This document shows, piece after piece, positions 37,353 to 50,298 of a stretch of DNA of 64,000 bases. The translations under genes and the position numbers were made by a program. This DNA is from Halocafeteria seosinensis (lineage: Eukaryota): assembly GCA_001687465.1 (NCBI GenBank), contig LVLI01000565.1:1-64000 (forward strand), in the 5' to 3' direction. Position 1 is the first letter of the stretch. Every line of letters starts with the position of its first letter. The notes under the pieces were generated by a model. The model was not told the origin of the DNA and searched no databases. It worked only from the letters and a program-made list of their open reading frames with translations.

Positions 37353-40320
37353 ATGGCGTCGACCTCGGCACACGCAAAGCCGTCCATTCGGCTTGATCTT
37401 GTGAGCGACAGTAGTGATGAGGAGCGGTACCACTCTCCCCGACGGGATGACAACAGGACCTTACCCTCTTCACCATCTCAAACCACGGATGTAGCCGCGG
37501 CTCGAACTAAAATGGAGGAACTGTTTCTTCAATGGATCTCTATGGGTGGAACTCGAGAACTTATAAGGGGAATGATTGGAGATTTGAAAGAAAACAAGTC
37601 GATAGAGATCCCAACACTGTCTTTGTCGTCCTCAAGGTCCTCCCTTGTTTCTCCAAGGAGTGGTGGGTCCTCTTCTGCACGGCATGGGCATGCTGTCAAG
37701 ACTCCCCCTATTTCTCCGGGAAAGGGTGGTAAAGGAAAACACTTTACTCCTGAGGAGGGTAGCCCGGATCACTTTTCCTTTGGTAAGTTTCGGTACTTCA
37801 TCGTTCCTGTCGTGCTCCCTGATCAACACTGCGTGGATTTTTTGCAGAGGATAAGGCTGAACAAGCGCCGATAGCAGAAGGCGTCGCTGAGAAATGGCCA
37901 ACAAGCTCCGTGTCAACTCCTGCGAAGACAACACATAGTCCGTCGCATACCTCCTCAACCCCTCCGACACCCCGTGCCCATGCTCCCACTATTCGATCTG
38001 CTGCGAATGAGATGTCCACAAGCCAGAAACAACCCGCGAAAACAGTAAGCTTTGTTTTCCTAACTATGCTAAATTGTCGGTGTTACGTTATTGGGGTTTC
38101 TACAGGAGCGAATCCCTCAATTCTTTTACCCTGGAGAAGGAGGACGTGGAAGAGGGCGTCCTATGCTCGGCGAAGCGTTAGAGGACAAACTGGTACGTTC
38201 TATTCTAGACTGTTCGTTTGTGAATAGTAACTGCTTTGACTCCTCAAGTTCTCTGCAGCCGTTGATCCTTCAAATTTGGCGACGTAACTTACATGAAGAT
38301 GACTCAGCATCCAATGGGTCAGAAGAGGCCCCCGAGAATGTTCCGGGTGGCAATGAGCTCATAGACATTGTCGGGGTAAGAATACCGAAGAAGGACGCAA
38401 TGGCGTCGTTGCCGGTTGAACAGTTCGCTGCAGTCGCGAAGACCTTGTGCGGGTTCCCATCGTTTTTCGCTGCTCCGTTGTTTAGGAGGGTCCGACACCA
38501 GTTTGGATCTCGACATTTACGAAAAGACGGCACCAGTAACAACCCGTTATCAAAGGAGATCGACGAAGCCACACGCGCGGGAGTAAATGCATGGAATAGT
38601 CCTATACCCAACCTCGGTGACCACATAGAGGAGTCAGACGACTCCGAGAAAAAAGACGATCAGGAGAACGAAGAAAAAACAAGTGCTGCTAATTTGCCCC
38701 CAAACCAGCCATCTCAATGGGCTAAACGCCCTCCTTCAGCTGCCGACAAAGCGTTTGACGTGAAAGAAAATAAGAATAAGCTTATACCTGAAGACGAACC
38801 AACAAAGACGGAGGAGGATGACCGTGACACATCTGGCAAGATCCAACTGTGTACGTTTCTTCACTATTGGAGAATGGAAATGGAACCGTTCGATTATTAT
38901 GACAGATTTTTCCGCCTTATATCTCAAAGAGGGGCGGCTCCAAGAAACAACGGCAAGAGAGGAATCGTGGCTGCAGACTTTATGCCATTCCTGGAAGAGC
39001 TTTTGGCGTTCCATCCGGGCTTGGCATTCCTGGAACGAACGCCAGAGTTCCAAGAAAAATATGCTAGAACAGTAATAGCGAGGATATTTTATATGCTTGA
39101 TCATTATGCCCGACAAGTTATAAATTGCCGATCGTTGAGGCGATCGAACCTCCTACAGGCATTCCATACGGTATGTGTGGCTCTACCTTAACCTTTCAGG
39201 AAAACGCTGGTATTTGGGATTCATTAATATCGCAGGTAGACATGGAAGATGACATTAATGTTGTGAACGATTACTTTAGTTATGAACATTTCTATGTGCT
39301 ATACTGCAAGTTTTGGGAATTGGATTCAGATCATGATTTTCTTCTTACTCGGGAAGACTTGAACAGAATGACTGATTTAACTCAAACGGTTTTAGGTACG
39401 CGGTCTAAGATGTTTGGCTGGTTTTTTGTGTTCTTTGTGAGACACACCGATTACTGTCCTGCAGATCGAGTCTTTGAGGAAGCCGGAAGGCCATTCACAA
39501 GTGGACAACGTGGCAAGATGGGCTATGAGGATTTTATCTGTTTCCTCATTAGCGAGGAAGACAAAACATCTGAAGCCGCACTCCGATACTGGTTTAACGT
39601 GGTGGATATCAATGCCGATGGAGTAATCACACCCGATGAAATGCGACATTTTTACCGGGAACAACATGCCCGTATGGTGGAGCTAGGGTTAGAGGCCGTA
39701 TCGTTTGAAGATTTACTCATTCAAATGAATGATCTCTTAAGTCCAGGTAGGTGTGTGAGTGTAGTAGGGTCGATTTGCTTCGACACTTAGCTTGGCGATC
39801 CCGCAGAGGAGTTTGGTGTTTTCAAATGGAAGCACTTTATTCATCCGGACAGATGCAAGCTAACTGGTGTACTGTTTAGCGCCTTGTTTAGTTTGTCGAA
39901 GTTTCAAGCTTACGAAGCCAGAGAGGCTGTACTGGTAAAGCAACAGTTGAATACGGAAGGCGTTACGTACGTAATTGCATCCGCAGTCTTCAAGAGATAG
40001 AATACCGAGAAACTAATTGCGTATGTGCTTCTACTCCTTCCTGCAGCCAATGGGATCGTTATGCCTCGATCGAATATATTCGCTTAGCGGATGAAGACGA
40101 AGAAATCCAAGAAAGCGGAGGTATGTCCTCTGTTGCACCTCGTTTTGTTTCCAAGTAGCACATTCATATTGCCATCGCTGCAGATTTGTCAACAGAGTTA
40201 GAAGGAATGCGTGTAGACGACCGGGGTGGGTTTGCTCTCGACGATGACAATTTTGGTTATGACGGAGGGTTTGACCTTCCTGCACATTTAGACTCGTTTT
40301 CAGCCACGATAGGCAGATAG
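37353..40320 (+). CDS. PPP2R3: Protein phosphatase 2A regulatory subunit B'' (EF-hand), multi-exon
   Basis: IPQFFYP, HPGLAFLERTPEFQEKYARTVIARIFY, DYFSYEHFYVLYCKFWELDSDHD, SEEDKTSEAALRYWF, WDRYASIEY. Confidence 0.93.
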
Positions 40321-40466
40321 ACTCCAAAATCACACACCACCACCTTCACAGCATTGGCCACCATAACCCTTCATGTATACTTCGAGTAGCGACGCTTGAC
40401 TGTTGTTGAGTGGTTTGTCTGTGTCTATACGTTTATGCTGCGTCATTAATGGAGAGGGACTGGATA

Positions 40467-41098
40467 ATGACTGAATGCTTGACGGATCTCGAGGACATCG
40501 TGATCAAGGCTTCTTCCACCCTGAAGCGCGATACAGCCGAGTATGGACCTCGTAACGCTCTGAATGATGAACCTGATTCATGTTGGAGCTCTGATCAAGT
40601 AAGTGTATTCTGATTGTGCTGGACCGTGTGTTGTGATGATTGAAGTGTCTTTGCAGGGACTACCGCAATACTTGGATTTCAACTTTAAACACTATGTCAA
40701 TGTCACAACGGTATCCTTGACTTTTCAGGGAGGATTTGTAGGCTCGGTACGTGATCCTCGAGGGAGCTCTGGTGAATGATTCCACCACCTCCATCTCTGC
40801 TGCCGCAGGAAATCAAATTCTATGGGACATCCAGTTCCAAGCGAAGCGATTTAACGTATTATGACACTCGGTACGCTGAGGACTCTAACGACGAGCAAAC
40901 GTAAGTTCAGTATGATCCCATAAATGCTGAGTAAAAGGAGTGCTCATTTTAAGTCTATGCTGCTCGCGCAGTTTTGACGTCAACATAAATGGGATCCAGA
41001 GGCTGAGAATCGAGTTTACGAGCTCGTCCGATTTCTACGGACGAGTTATAGTGTATCATGTCGGAATTTTTGGCGAGATGACTGAGCTTGAGGGATGA
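40467..41098 (+). CDS. NR2C2AP: Nuclear receptor 2C2-associated protein (galactose-binding-like fold); alternative ATG at 40449
   Basis: SSTLKRD...SCWSSDQG-x-PQY, TFQGGFVG, EDSNDEQ, SSDFYGRVIVY across four exons. Confidence 0.85.
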
Positions 41099-41729
41099 GA
41101 TTTGAGTTGTCTGCTGAGATATGTCACCGATATCAGGAGACTACAACTTGTGTCAGGTCATCGTCAAGTCTGGGAAAATGTTGCGAGAAGTCGAACTCGG
41201 TCGCGGCCCTAGATGGGGCGAGTAGACTTCTCCGGAATCCGCATGGCTATGATGCCATGGCGAAGTGTGGCGTAGCAGTGAGAGGCACGGTGTGGGCTAT
41301 GGGCGCTGGATGTGAGTGAGGCTCATGGAATGTGTGGCATGGTACACCTGGCACTTACTTAAACCAGCCAACCCATTCGAAACTAGTTGTTTGATCTACG
41401 TACTAGAATTATAGCGAGACGCAAGAATTCCTCAGTCCCCACTTCCGATGGACACTGTGTGTAGAGTTCCAGTCCGTAACGACATGCCATACATGACTCC
41501 TCACCCATCTTCACAAAAGGTTAGCTCAAGCTGCTCAGCCTCCTCAGGTTGTACCAGGTAGTTAACATTACAGTAGAGTTAGGGACATTTCCGGATTGTT
41601 CTTCGATACCAAAAAAGAAATCGAAGACAGGATTATACAGCTGCTTCGGAGCACTTCCCTCAAAAGAAAAAGCGCTCAGAAGTTTTGTGAAGCCCGCAGA
41701 AAAAGAAGTGTAACGAATCGTTACTAACG

Positions 41730-42191
41730 ATGGCTGCTGGCCCCTCAGACATCTACTTCTATGGAAAGGAGAGGCAAAAAAAGTATTTCTATTTGTCAAA
41801 CTTTTACCCAGCTGCATTTGAACTGGATGAGAAAACTTGGCCAACATCGGAGCATTACTTCCAAGCGATGAAGTTCCCCGAGGACGCCATACAAGAGCGT
41901 ATTCGGCAAGCTCCGAACCCAACGAGGGCAAAACAAATAGGTAGGTCGAGGGCATTTCCCCTACGCGCTGACTGGAACGACGTTAAAGAAGATGTGATGA
42001 GGCGTGCGTTGCGTGCGAAATTCGAGCAAAACCCGGAGTTGCGGGACCAGCTAATGGCAACTCATCCCGCCACTTTGGTTGAAGACGCTCCTACCGATGC
42101 GTATTGGGGTATCGGAAAGGATTCGAATGGCAAGAATCGCCTTGGAGTCCTCTTAATGGAATTACGCGACCAGCTTCGCGAGGAGACGTAG
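41730..42191 (+). CDS. NADAR/YbiA family N-glycosidase, intronless
   Basis: LSNFY, WPTSEHYFQAMKF, AKFEQN, LVEDAPTDAYWG, GKNRLGVLLMELR. Confidence 0.92.
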   Translation: MAAGPSDIYFYGKERQKKYFYLSNFYPAAFELDEKTWPTSEHYFQAMKFPEDAIQERIRQAPNPTRAKQIGRSRAFPLRADWNDVKEDVMRRALRAKFEQNPELRDQLMATHPATLVEDAPTDAYWGIGKDSNGKNRLGVLLMELRDQLREET

Positions 42192-42354
42192 AAAACAGTC
42201 TGTAGAGGTCGACATACAAACTGAAGCCATCTACCAAAAAGATCTCTAGATAAAGGCAGGACTGAAGCAGTCATCACAGTCATGGAGCGCAGAAATAATG
42301 GCCCATCCTATCCCCTTGAGTGCGTTTCTACGATAGAACTTCTTGAGCGGAGAG

Positions 42355-43728
42355 TTATACCTTTCGTTTCTTCTCCTTCGTGGTGTCAGTGCCATCTGCC
42401 GCCTCACACGTACTCGTTGGCTGCTCTAGTTCATCTAGCACTATTGAAGGGATTGCCGGATATTTTTCCAAGTCAAGATCATCTTGAGTCAATATGTCCA
42501 CGTTTCGGTCAGAAGATGAAAAGCATTCGGAAAACGCAGCGCTCAATGAGTTTGTTTCCTGTGAAACTAGCTCCACGTTCTGTCCTTGTTTGCGAAGTCT
42601 AAACAGATACACGCCTTGAATCGTAGCAACGTAAAGCTTGATGACTTCTTGATTCGCAAACCATACGGTACGTGGTTGTGCATGACTGTCCAAATTGCCG
42701 GAATGCCGTAGTGTTTCTTCTGGCGTAACTTCATAAAAGAGTACCTCTGGTCGATCAGTAATACACACGGCGATCAAACCGCTTGGTTGATCTTCAACAA
42801 TTCGCTGTACGATCGGTATACGGTGGGTAGCATGTGATGCCTCTGTGTTCACCGGTTGTACTGCTGGTGTAGGGAGATCTATCGCACAAACCTCTTGCCC
42901 CGTTTGCCAATTCCACAACCTTAGCGTGCCGTCGGCTCCTCCGGACACTAGCAGATTGTCAGCATTCTGCAGAACGAGGACTTGATTGAGGAAGGCTGTA
43001 TGTCCAAGACAGAAGGATTCAATAATTTCACTCGTTGGAAACCTCGATACTCGAATCTTTTGGTCCTTATCTGCTGTGATGATGTGACTGCGCTTGGGGC
43101 TCACCACCTGCAATACGGAATGATTCACGATGATGACTTGGGCCTTATAGTTTTTAAGTACAAGGGCTTACCATATCCATTATCATGGAACTCGTATGAC
43201 CTAAAAGCTTTCTGTCCTTGCTCGAAATATCCTCGAGAGGATACGCCGTCACTTCTCCATTCAATTGGCCAACCAAGACGATAGAACCTATTCCGTCCAG
43301 CTTCGTAATGCACAACACGCATGGTTTCTTCTCCATTCGTCTGCACAGTGGTGTATACCCTCTTCCAGATTTGTGCGAGCGTAAGAATTGGTATCAAAAC
43401 TCTTACCGATGATGTAACACAGTGCCGTCCTTGGCAGCGACAGCTACGAGTTGCTTATCCCAGCCCGCTGTGAAGATTGCCGTTTGGCCGTCCAATTCGG
43501 CCACGGCAAGCCCAACAATCCTATCGTCGTGTACCGTCTTAATGACCCGACTTGTATGTCCTCTGTGGACACATAGCGGGCCAGGTAACAACATTCATGA
43601 ATTGCATGGATGAACGACCACAATACCACATACTGGTCTGTCGTGCCGCTCGATCGCTCCACTACAAGTACGCTCTTTCCGACTGAAAGAGCGACGACGG
43701 AAGCGTCTCCATTCTGCGCAAACCTCAT
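42355..43728 (-). CDS. WDR4: tRNA m7G46 methyltransferase non-catalytic subunit WDR4/Trm82 (start approximate)
   Basis: LLGHTSSMIMDM, IITADKDQKIRVSRFP...IESFCLGHTAFL, LVSGGADGTLRLWNW. Confidence 0.88.
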
Positions 43729-44108
43729 GATTTCCCTCTTGTGCCTGTATAAAGCTAACAAATTCCCACAATATCTGACGCCCTCTTTGTGAACTTCACC
43801 TTCACAACATGAATTTTCTGGCCTCCTCCAAGGAGCACGATAGACAGGCAGATACGTGAACACGCTGGAGACAACGAGGAGCTAATCTCTGCTGTCAATG
43901 GCGAGAATACCACCAATATTAGCTCAAACGCAAGGTTACAAGCGGTTGTGAAGAGCTCCAACCAAAGCTACAAACTTTTATGATACTTGGCACAAGATTG
44001 ATTTACCAAGTTCATGGCCTTGTGTTGTTTTATACATCGAAAGGTGCTTTCTCTCTTATTGTATAGTTCTCCAAAGTACAGAATACTCGTTCGGAGCAGC
44101 CTGCAACG

Positions 44109-44724
44109 ATGAAGCTTGTAAGGTAAGTACAAGCGACCAAGAGGGCTGGAGCAGTAGGAAAATGCCCCCAGTCATCGTGACCCTACCCTTTTTGTTGTTT
44201 TTCTCCCCTTCGTGTACCCTGTGAATTCGGACGATTTTTATGGCTTATTACACTCAAGCTGTATATTCATTGTGCCATATATCCCGTATGGGTCTACAGG
44301 TTTTTAATGAAACTGGCCAACGAGACGGTCACTGTGGAACTTAAAAATGGCACAGTACTACATGGGACAGTCTCAGGTAAGGAACCCGATTTTGAGTCAT
44401 CAAGCTGTTTTCGAAGTATCTAAGTCCCTTTTGGACCTCTTTGCAGGTGTTGATATCAGTATGAACACTCACTTACGTAATGTCAAGGTCACGGTCAAAG
44501 GAGGAAACCCAGTACACATGGACTCGATCAGTATCCGAGGCAATAACATTAGATACTTTATCCTGCCAGACTCGCTTAATTTAGATACCTTATTAGTTGA
44601 TGATACACCCAAGGAAAAACCCCAAGACAAAACAGCCGGAAGGGGTCGTGGACGTGGACGAGGAGCGCCCAGAGGAGGCGGTGGTAGAGGCCGCGGTCGA
44701 GGTGGAAGGGCGCGAGGGCGTTGA
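44109..44724 (+). CDS. SNRPD1: Small nuclear ribonucleoprotein Sm D1
   Basis: [23 protein letters not shown]...[10 protein letters not shown]...[25 protein letters not shown] plus an RG tail. Introns 44123-44299 and about 44377-44446. Confidence 0.97.
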
Positions 44725-45024
44725 AAATCCCTCGTTATCCTTGCACCAGCGTCGAACGGAGACATCATCGTCGAACGCCGCTGTCTCTGTTCAAAACAAC
44801 AGCAGTGTGACCCGTGGAGTAACTTGGTTCTCTTCTGTAGCGATGGCCGCCATGCTGGATAACATCTTTTAGTTAGCGTACCTCTCAAGACGCAACACTT
44901 TTCGATGCTTTGGAATACGAAGTCCATAAGTTTGGAAGCTTTTTTACATCCGGGACCAGTTGCTTGCTTCCATTCTGATAAGACTAGTATAGCATTTCCT
45001 AGATGCCTCAGATAGAGGGGTAAT

Positions 45025-46349
45025 TCACCTAAAGATACTGAAGAGCAGAATAACGAATATGACAACTAGAAATGTCTTGATAATTAGCGATCGATCACTC
45101 GAAATCATCCGGAAGTACTTTGATAATTCACCTTCGGCGGCCGATATGTTTTCATATCTGCATCAGAAAACACATGATTTCGAAACGGTTAAGAAATGTG
45201 ACTGTTTCGTGTGCTTTCACGGTGGACTACGTACGCCACACTAGTGTCTTGATCTATTCGCTCGATTGTTTCGCCCTGTTCAACTACCAAGGTTGCCATC
45301 CTAGTAAACATCTGACCAAGTTCACTTATCGTGCTTTCCACATGTAGAGCGTCATTTGCTCGCCTTTGAGCTTCGTGATAGTTCGCCAATTGCTGAGTTG
45401 AATACTGGTCTTCTGGAAACTGATCTGTTTCTGTTAGGCGCGGGGCGATGGCGCTTTCCCCACTGCCTGAATATGCACTAGAAGTACCCCCTGTATTCAT
45501 ACCACAAATTTCAAATACCTGTAACTTGGTGAGAGTTCATCTAAAAATCATTGCTCACCATTTGTGGTAGCTACGTTCCCGCGTCGACGCACAGCACCGC
45601 CCCATGACGTGTGTTCATCACTTGGCGTTGCAGGGAGAGGCGGCTGCCATTTTGTAGCTGTTGGCGGTCCTTTTCGTTTCTGATTAGAAGCACCATTGGA
45701 TGTTTGTGAAAGACCCTTAAACAACGGGGTATCCATTTTAACCCCGGGTGCCCAACTACTGGTGAACTTTTGTCTGCGTTGCTGCTGTTCCTTCATAGTC
45801 TCGGAGCGAACGCGCAGAGCATGTTGAAAGCTCTTTCCTAAATTCACAAGATGCTGCCTTATGATATCTAATATACATGACCAATGCTTTCGAGTGGCAC
45901 TCTGCAAGCATACCAAAGACTTAACGCTGTACGTGTTAGCACCAAGACCAGGGGAACTAAACCCACCTTGGCTCTTGTTGATTTCTCAATTGCCGTGGAA
46001 AGTTGTTCCATAGACTTTTCATGTCTGGCCATGTTTTCTTTGATCGCCTTACTCAGGTCCTGTATTTGCGCCGAAGGGTCATTGAATAGTCCTTTCTGTC
46101 TGGCCAAATTATTCAACTCCTGTACAGAGCGCCCTGTGCGCCGTAGTTCCGTGCACAGAGCCTGTGTAAATTTATGTATATCGGATTCATTTTTTCTGCA
46201 TTGAGACGAGCTCAACGGTGAGGCAGTGGACTGCATAAATGACGTCAAAAGACCTACATAACGCGCTTAGGTGGTCCCCGTGGCTGTACGCCACGGCTTC
46301 GGGAGGCTTCCACATGTCGGAAGAAGCTGTCTGTTCGATCGATGCTCAT
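45025..46349 (-). CDS. STX5: Syntaxin-5/Sed5 Qa-SNARE
   Basis: N-peptide MSIDRTDSF, LARQKGLFNDP, VESTISELGQMFTRMATLVVEQGETIERID, C-terminal TM helix. Confidence 0.92.
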
Positions 46350-46613
46350 CGGTCTAAGTTCATTTCATTTCTACAGCATCATCCTATGGTTCTATCATGG
46401 GCGGTAATTATCAATACATCTCTTAACAGAGCCAATAGACACTGGCATAGCCTCAACTTCACAAAGTCTCGTTGGATGTATGGGGGGGCATTGTCACATT
46501 GTGTTCATTCAATGAGTGTACATGGTTGTTTGCAGGATTGGAAAGATTTTTTCTAAAATATGCATGCTTGAGAGGAGGCGCTGAGTGGAATAGAACGGAC
46601 AGTACTGACATCG

Positions 46614-49057
46614 ATGAGCTTGACGGGAATTACACAGGCTAGCACTTACTATTACAGACGTGGTTCGAGATGGATTCCACCCTTAGCGGCAAGGCTCCGT
46701 GGGAGTGGTATATTCACGCCGACAAGTGTGCGTTGGTCGTCCGATAGCGGCAGGGACACCGGGACAGAACCAGCACCTGTGAAAAAAGCTACATGGAGCT
46801 CCAAACTGAGAGCCCAGTTTAACTCGTGGCTACCAACTGGACGGAGTGAGGACTGGACGCTGGAACTTATCCGAAGATGTGCTCCCTCGGGAATCGATTT
46901 CGTCGTGACCTCCCTTTCCCAACTGGAAAAGGCGTTGGGTGGAAAATGGACATATGAGGACTTGACAATTGGCCTCGTCGCCCTAGGAAGAATGCGTGAA
47001 CAGCAACGGAGACGGAGCCCACCCTATGGAACACAGATTGACTCCAGCAACTCGTTGACATTGACTGAAGACGTTGTAAGTTGCACGTAGCTGATATACA
47101 AGGTGTTCTCGGTACATGTATCTGCTTAGTTTGTGATCTCCAGGACACAATATCTAGTTTGATGAGATACGGACTCCTTGCAGAAAGCGTATATGTCCGC
47201 TATGAAGAGCACGCTCTGGACCATTTGGGATTTACAGCTGATGATATCCTTTCTGCTAGATGGGAAAGCTCTTTGGACGGTATGAGGCCGGCATACTATA
47301 TTGCTATCGACCGGGAGGTAAGTCATCGGTTAGCGTTGGACAAAATGGACCGTCATGTCGTGTCACGCCCTCGCTGCATGTGCATACAGCATAAGGAAAT
47401 CATTGTGTCCATTCGTGGTACAAAGGACCTGACAGATGGCTTAGTCAACCTATGTATGACTCCGATGGAACTCCGTCCGGGCTCGCACGCTCACTCCGGC
47501 ATTACAAGGACCGCATTCTTGATACTAGCTGAGCTTCAACATACGCTTGAACACGCTGTGCGAGATAATCCAGGGTTTAAGGTGACATTCGTTGGTCATT
47601 CATTAGGAGGTGGTGTTGCTGCGATTGTCAGCATTGTCTTGAACGAGAGGATTCCAATCCCTGGGGAACTCTACCAAGAGTTACTGGAGATGTTTCCATC
47701 GCTGAACAGAAACTTCACTGAATCTCTTTCGGACGTACTGCGTACTTCGACGGTCCGTGCTTGCACTTTTGGCACTCCTTCGTGTATTTCTCCGGACCTT
47801 GGTAATCTCGCTGAAGAGTATATAGTCTCTTGCATCCATGGAGATGACATGATCCCCCGATTCCGGCTTACCGCGATGGAACGCTTGAGAAATGACTTGA
47901 GGACGGAGAATTGGCGAGATGAAATTATCCGAATGATTGCTGAGGAAATACAGGAGCATAAACTTAGTGCTAGAATTAGGAGCGTGCGAGAATCCCTTGA
48001 AAAGTGGACGTCCGATTGGGATAGTTCAAAAATAAGGGCATATTCTAATACTACGTTTGAAGGCTATGAAGAGGCACGGCGGGAATATAGCAAGTTTGAA
48101 GAGGAAGTCTCTACGTTTGTAGAAACCCTCAGAGCTGAACTAAGTCACAAAGCCGGTTCGTTCCTCAGTAAAACGCGTGGCCATATTCACCAGGAACTAG
48201 GTGGGTCGCTCTCCTTTAAAGACTTACAAAAGCGGCTCAACCGGCTCCAAACTCTCAAGAAGGAGATGACAAAATCGATCGACAGTACTGTCTTACTGAA
48301 ATTGACCGAGATGCCTTGGAAAATGTCGGAGGATTCCATCCACGATGGCAGCACCCAAACCCAGAAGACCCAGTGGAAAGAACTGTTGGCATCTCTCCCT
48401 TCCTTTTCAAAACGCTCTAAGTCTCAAGGTGATGACACATCTGCATCCGAGGCAAGATTATATGGTTCAATGTATTTCGTTGTTCCAGGGAAATTGTTTC
48501 ATCTAGTCTATGCAACAGAAGAATCCCGGAAATATGTGTATCCTTCGCATTTCTCTCGCCAAGACTGGAAGTGGGAGTTGGAACTCCCCAAGTTAGTTCG
48601 TGTAGCACGGAAACAGCCGCCTGTAACTGCATCCACGGAGTCGGAACAGCGGATCGACGACCACATTTTGGAAGAGAACTCCTTGGGCGAATCCCTGTCA
48701 GGACTCTTCGATAAAGCATTATCCAGTATCCGCACCTCTCAGGGGACTAATGAATTTGTTTCCTCTCTCTCACACTCGCTAGCAAGGTGCTTTGAAGCGT
48801 CTGAACAAGAAGAACATAATACCCCCACGGCTACTGTGGCCGGAAAGCAATTGAAACGTGACTCACTTGGGCTACTGGAGGTTAATCGAAGATATTCGCT
48901 ACCTTCTTCTTCTGAGGGAGATAGCGATTACTTCAAGTATGTGGTGATCTCTCCTTACTTTCTGAGGGACCACTCCGTTAATCGTACCCTAGTTGCGTTG
49001 AAGAGGATATATGATACCATTGATGAAGATAAGGCTAGCAATTCAAGTTTGAAATGA
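46614..49057 (+). CDS. Lipase class 3 (DAG-lipase-like) protein
   Basis: IIVSIRGT, HAHSGI, FVGHSLGGGVA nucleophile elbow, FGTP, DDMIPR, C-terminal RDH. Introns about 47076-47143 and 47318-47389. Confidence 0.9.
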
Positions 49058-49212
49058 GGGCGAAATGGGCACCAGTTGCTGTATAACACACTACTGAACT
49101 AACTAGGGGATATGTTACCCTTCTGAAAGAGAAACAGAGGATTTGATAGCCCGTTTGATATGAGAGTGGACTGTGATTTTTCTGAACTAGTCGCGTTCTG
49201 TCGCTTGGGCTT

Positions 49213-50298
49213 TTAGTCTTGTTTCTCACTGATAGTGACCGATCCGCTAAACTGCTCCGCAAGTTCTTCAGCAGAGATGGGGACAATTTCACGTACAGTA
49301 GGCGAAGATCGGAAAAACCTTTCCGAAATGTTTCCCTTAAAGTGCTCGTTTTGGTCTCCATCGACTTCAAAAAGTACGAAATAAATCTTGGAGACATTGT
49401 TGCCTTGGTTTGACAACTGCTGGCGGCAAGATAGCGCCCTCTTGACCTGCAGCTGCGTCACTTTCTGAGCATAGACCACTTTAATGAGAGTATGCTTAGG
49501 ACCACTTTCCTTAACTAGTATGTCGCCTTTCATGTATTGCGTCTTCCCTTCTGTGTCTGTCACATTGGAACCATTGAGCTTGACCGGGATGGGCTGCTCA
49601 AACGTGACGGAGAACCCGAAGCAGTGCAACAAGTATGAAATGCAAATGGCAAACGGTTTATCGGACGTAGGATGTCCAATTTGGGCAACATTTCCGGCTA
49701 TCCTCTCTAACAATCTACGAGATAGGCTGGACTCGGGTTCTGTTCGTGTACGTAACTCTATCAGCTTATCTACTGGCACATCTTCTCGTGCGAGTTCCTC
49801 TATGGCCACATCCTGCTTCTCTAGATCGGCAATGGTATCTTTACTTTTTCGGAAATCAAATTTTGTGTTTTGTCCTGACTTGATGAACGTCACGACAAAT
49901 GCTTTTTCGACCTTGGTTCCTTGTATCTCCATGTGTCGCCAATATGTCAATGCCTGCTTCACTGCAGCCTTCTTGAGAATATTATCGGTTTTGACTTCAA
50001 TGATGACGCACGTCCCCGATTCGTGTTCAATACAGACGTCGACGCGAAGATCAATGGTCTCCTTAAGATCCCCGCTTTGTCCTCGATGCTCCCATCGCAC
50101 AATTTCATCGCCTAACCCGACGTGCACAGTCCTCTCATTGGTCACCCCTTTGTATCCTCGATTCTGAAGAATGTGTGCAATGGCGGCCGAGAAAACAAGT
50201 TCGTATTGAGAACCTATCGTCGCAGCCTGTTCCACGATGTCGTGCATGTTATCATAAGACGGTGGCCACTCTGGGCCACCGCGTCTTTCATGTGCCAT
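49213..50298 (-). CDS. Intronless protein with two tandem GxxExxY-like PD-(D/E)XK nuclease domains
   Basis: Domain 1: IGSQYELVF...ERTVHV...RVDVCI...IIEVK...QALTY...AFVVTF. Domain 2: IGHPTSDKPF...EQPIPV...KGDILV...LIKVV...IYFVLF. First ATG at 50298. Confidence 0.72.
   Translation of the reverse strand: MAHERRGGPEWPPSYDNMHDIVEQAATIGSQYELVFSAAIAHILQNRGYKGVTNERTVHVGLGDEIVRWEHRGQSGDLKETIDLRVDVCIEHESGTCVIIEVKTDNILKKAAVKQALTYWRHMEIQGTKVEKAFVVTFIKSGQNTKFDFRKSKDTIADLEKQDVAIEELAREDVPVDKLIELRTRTEPESSLSRRLLERIAGNVAQIGHPTSDKPFAICISYLLHCFGFSVTFEQPIPVKLNGSNVTDTEGKTQYMKGDILVKESGPKHTLIKVVYAQKVTQLQVKRALSCRQQLSNQGNNVSKIYFVLFEVDGDQNEHFKGNISERFFRSSPTVREIVPISAEELAEQFSGSVTISEKQD

Noticed and set aside
40711..40718. 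GTATCCTT, a U12-type 5' splice site consensus
   Set aside because: It lies inside an NR2C2AP exon (VSLTFQGGF) that reads through correctly.
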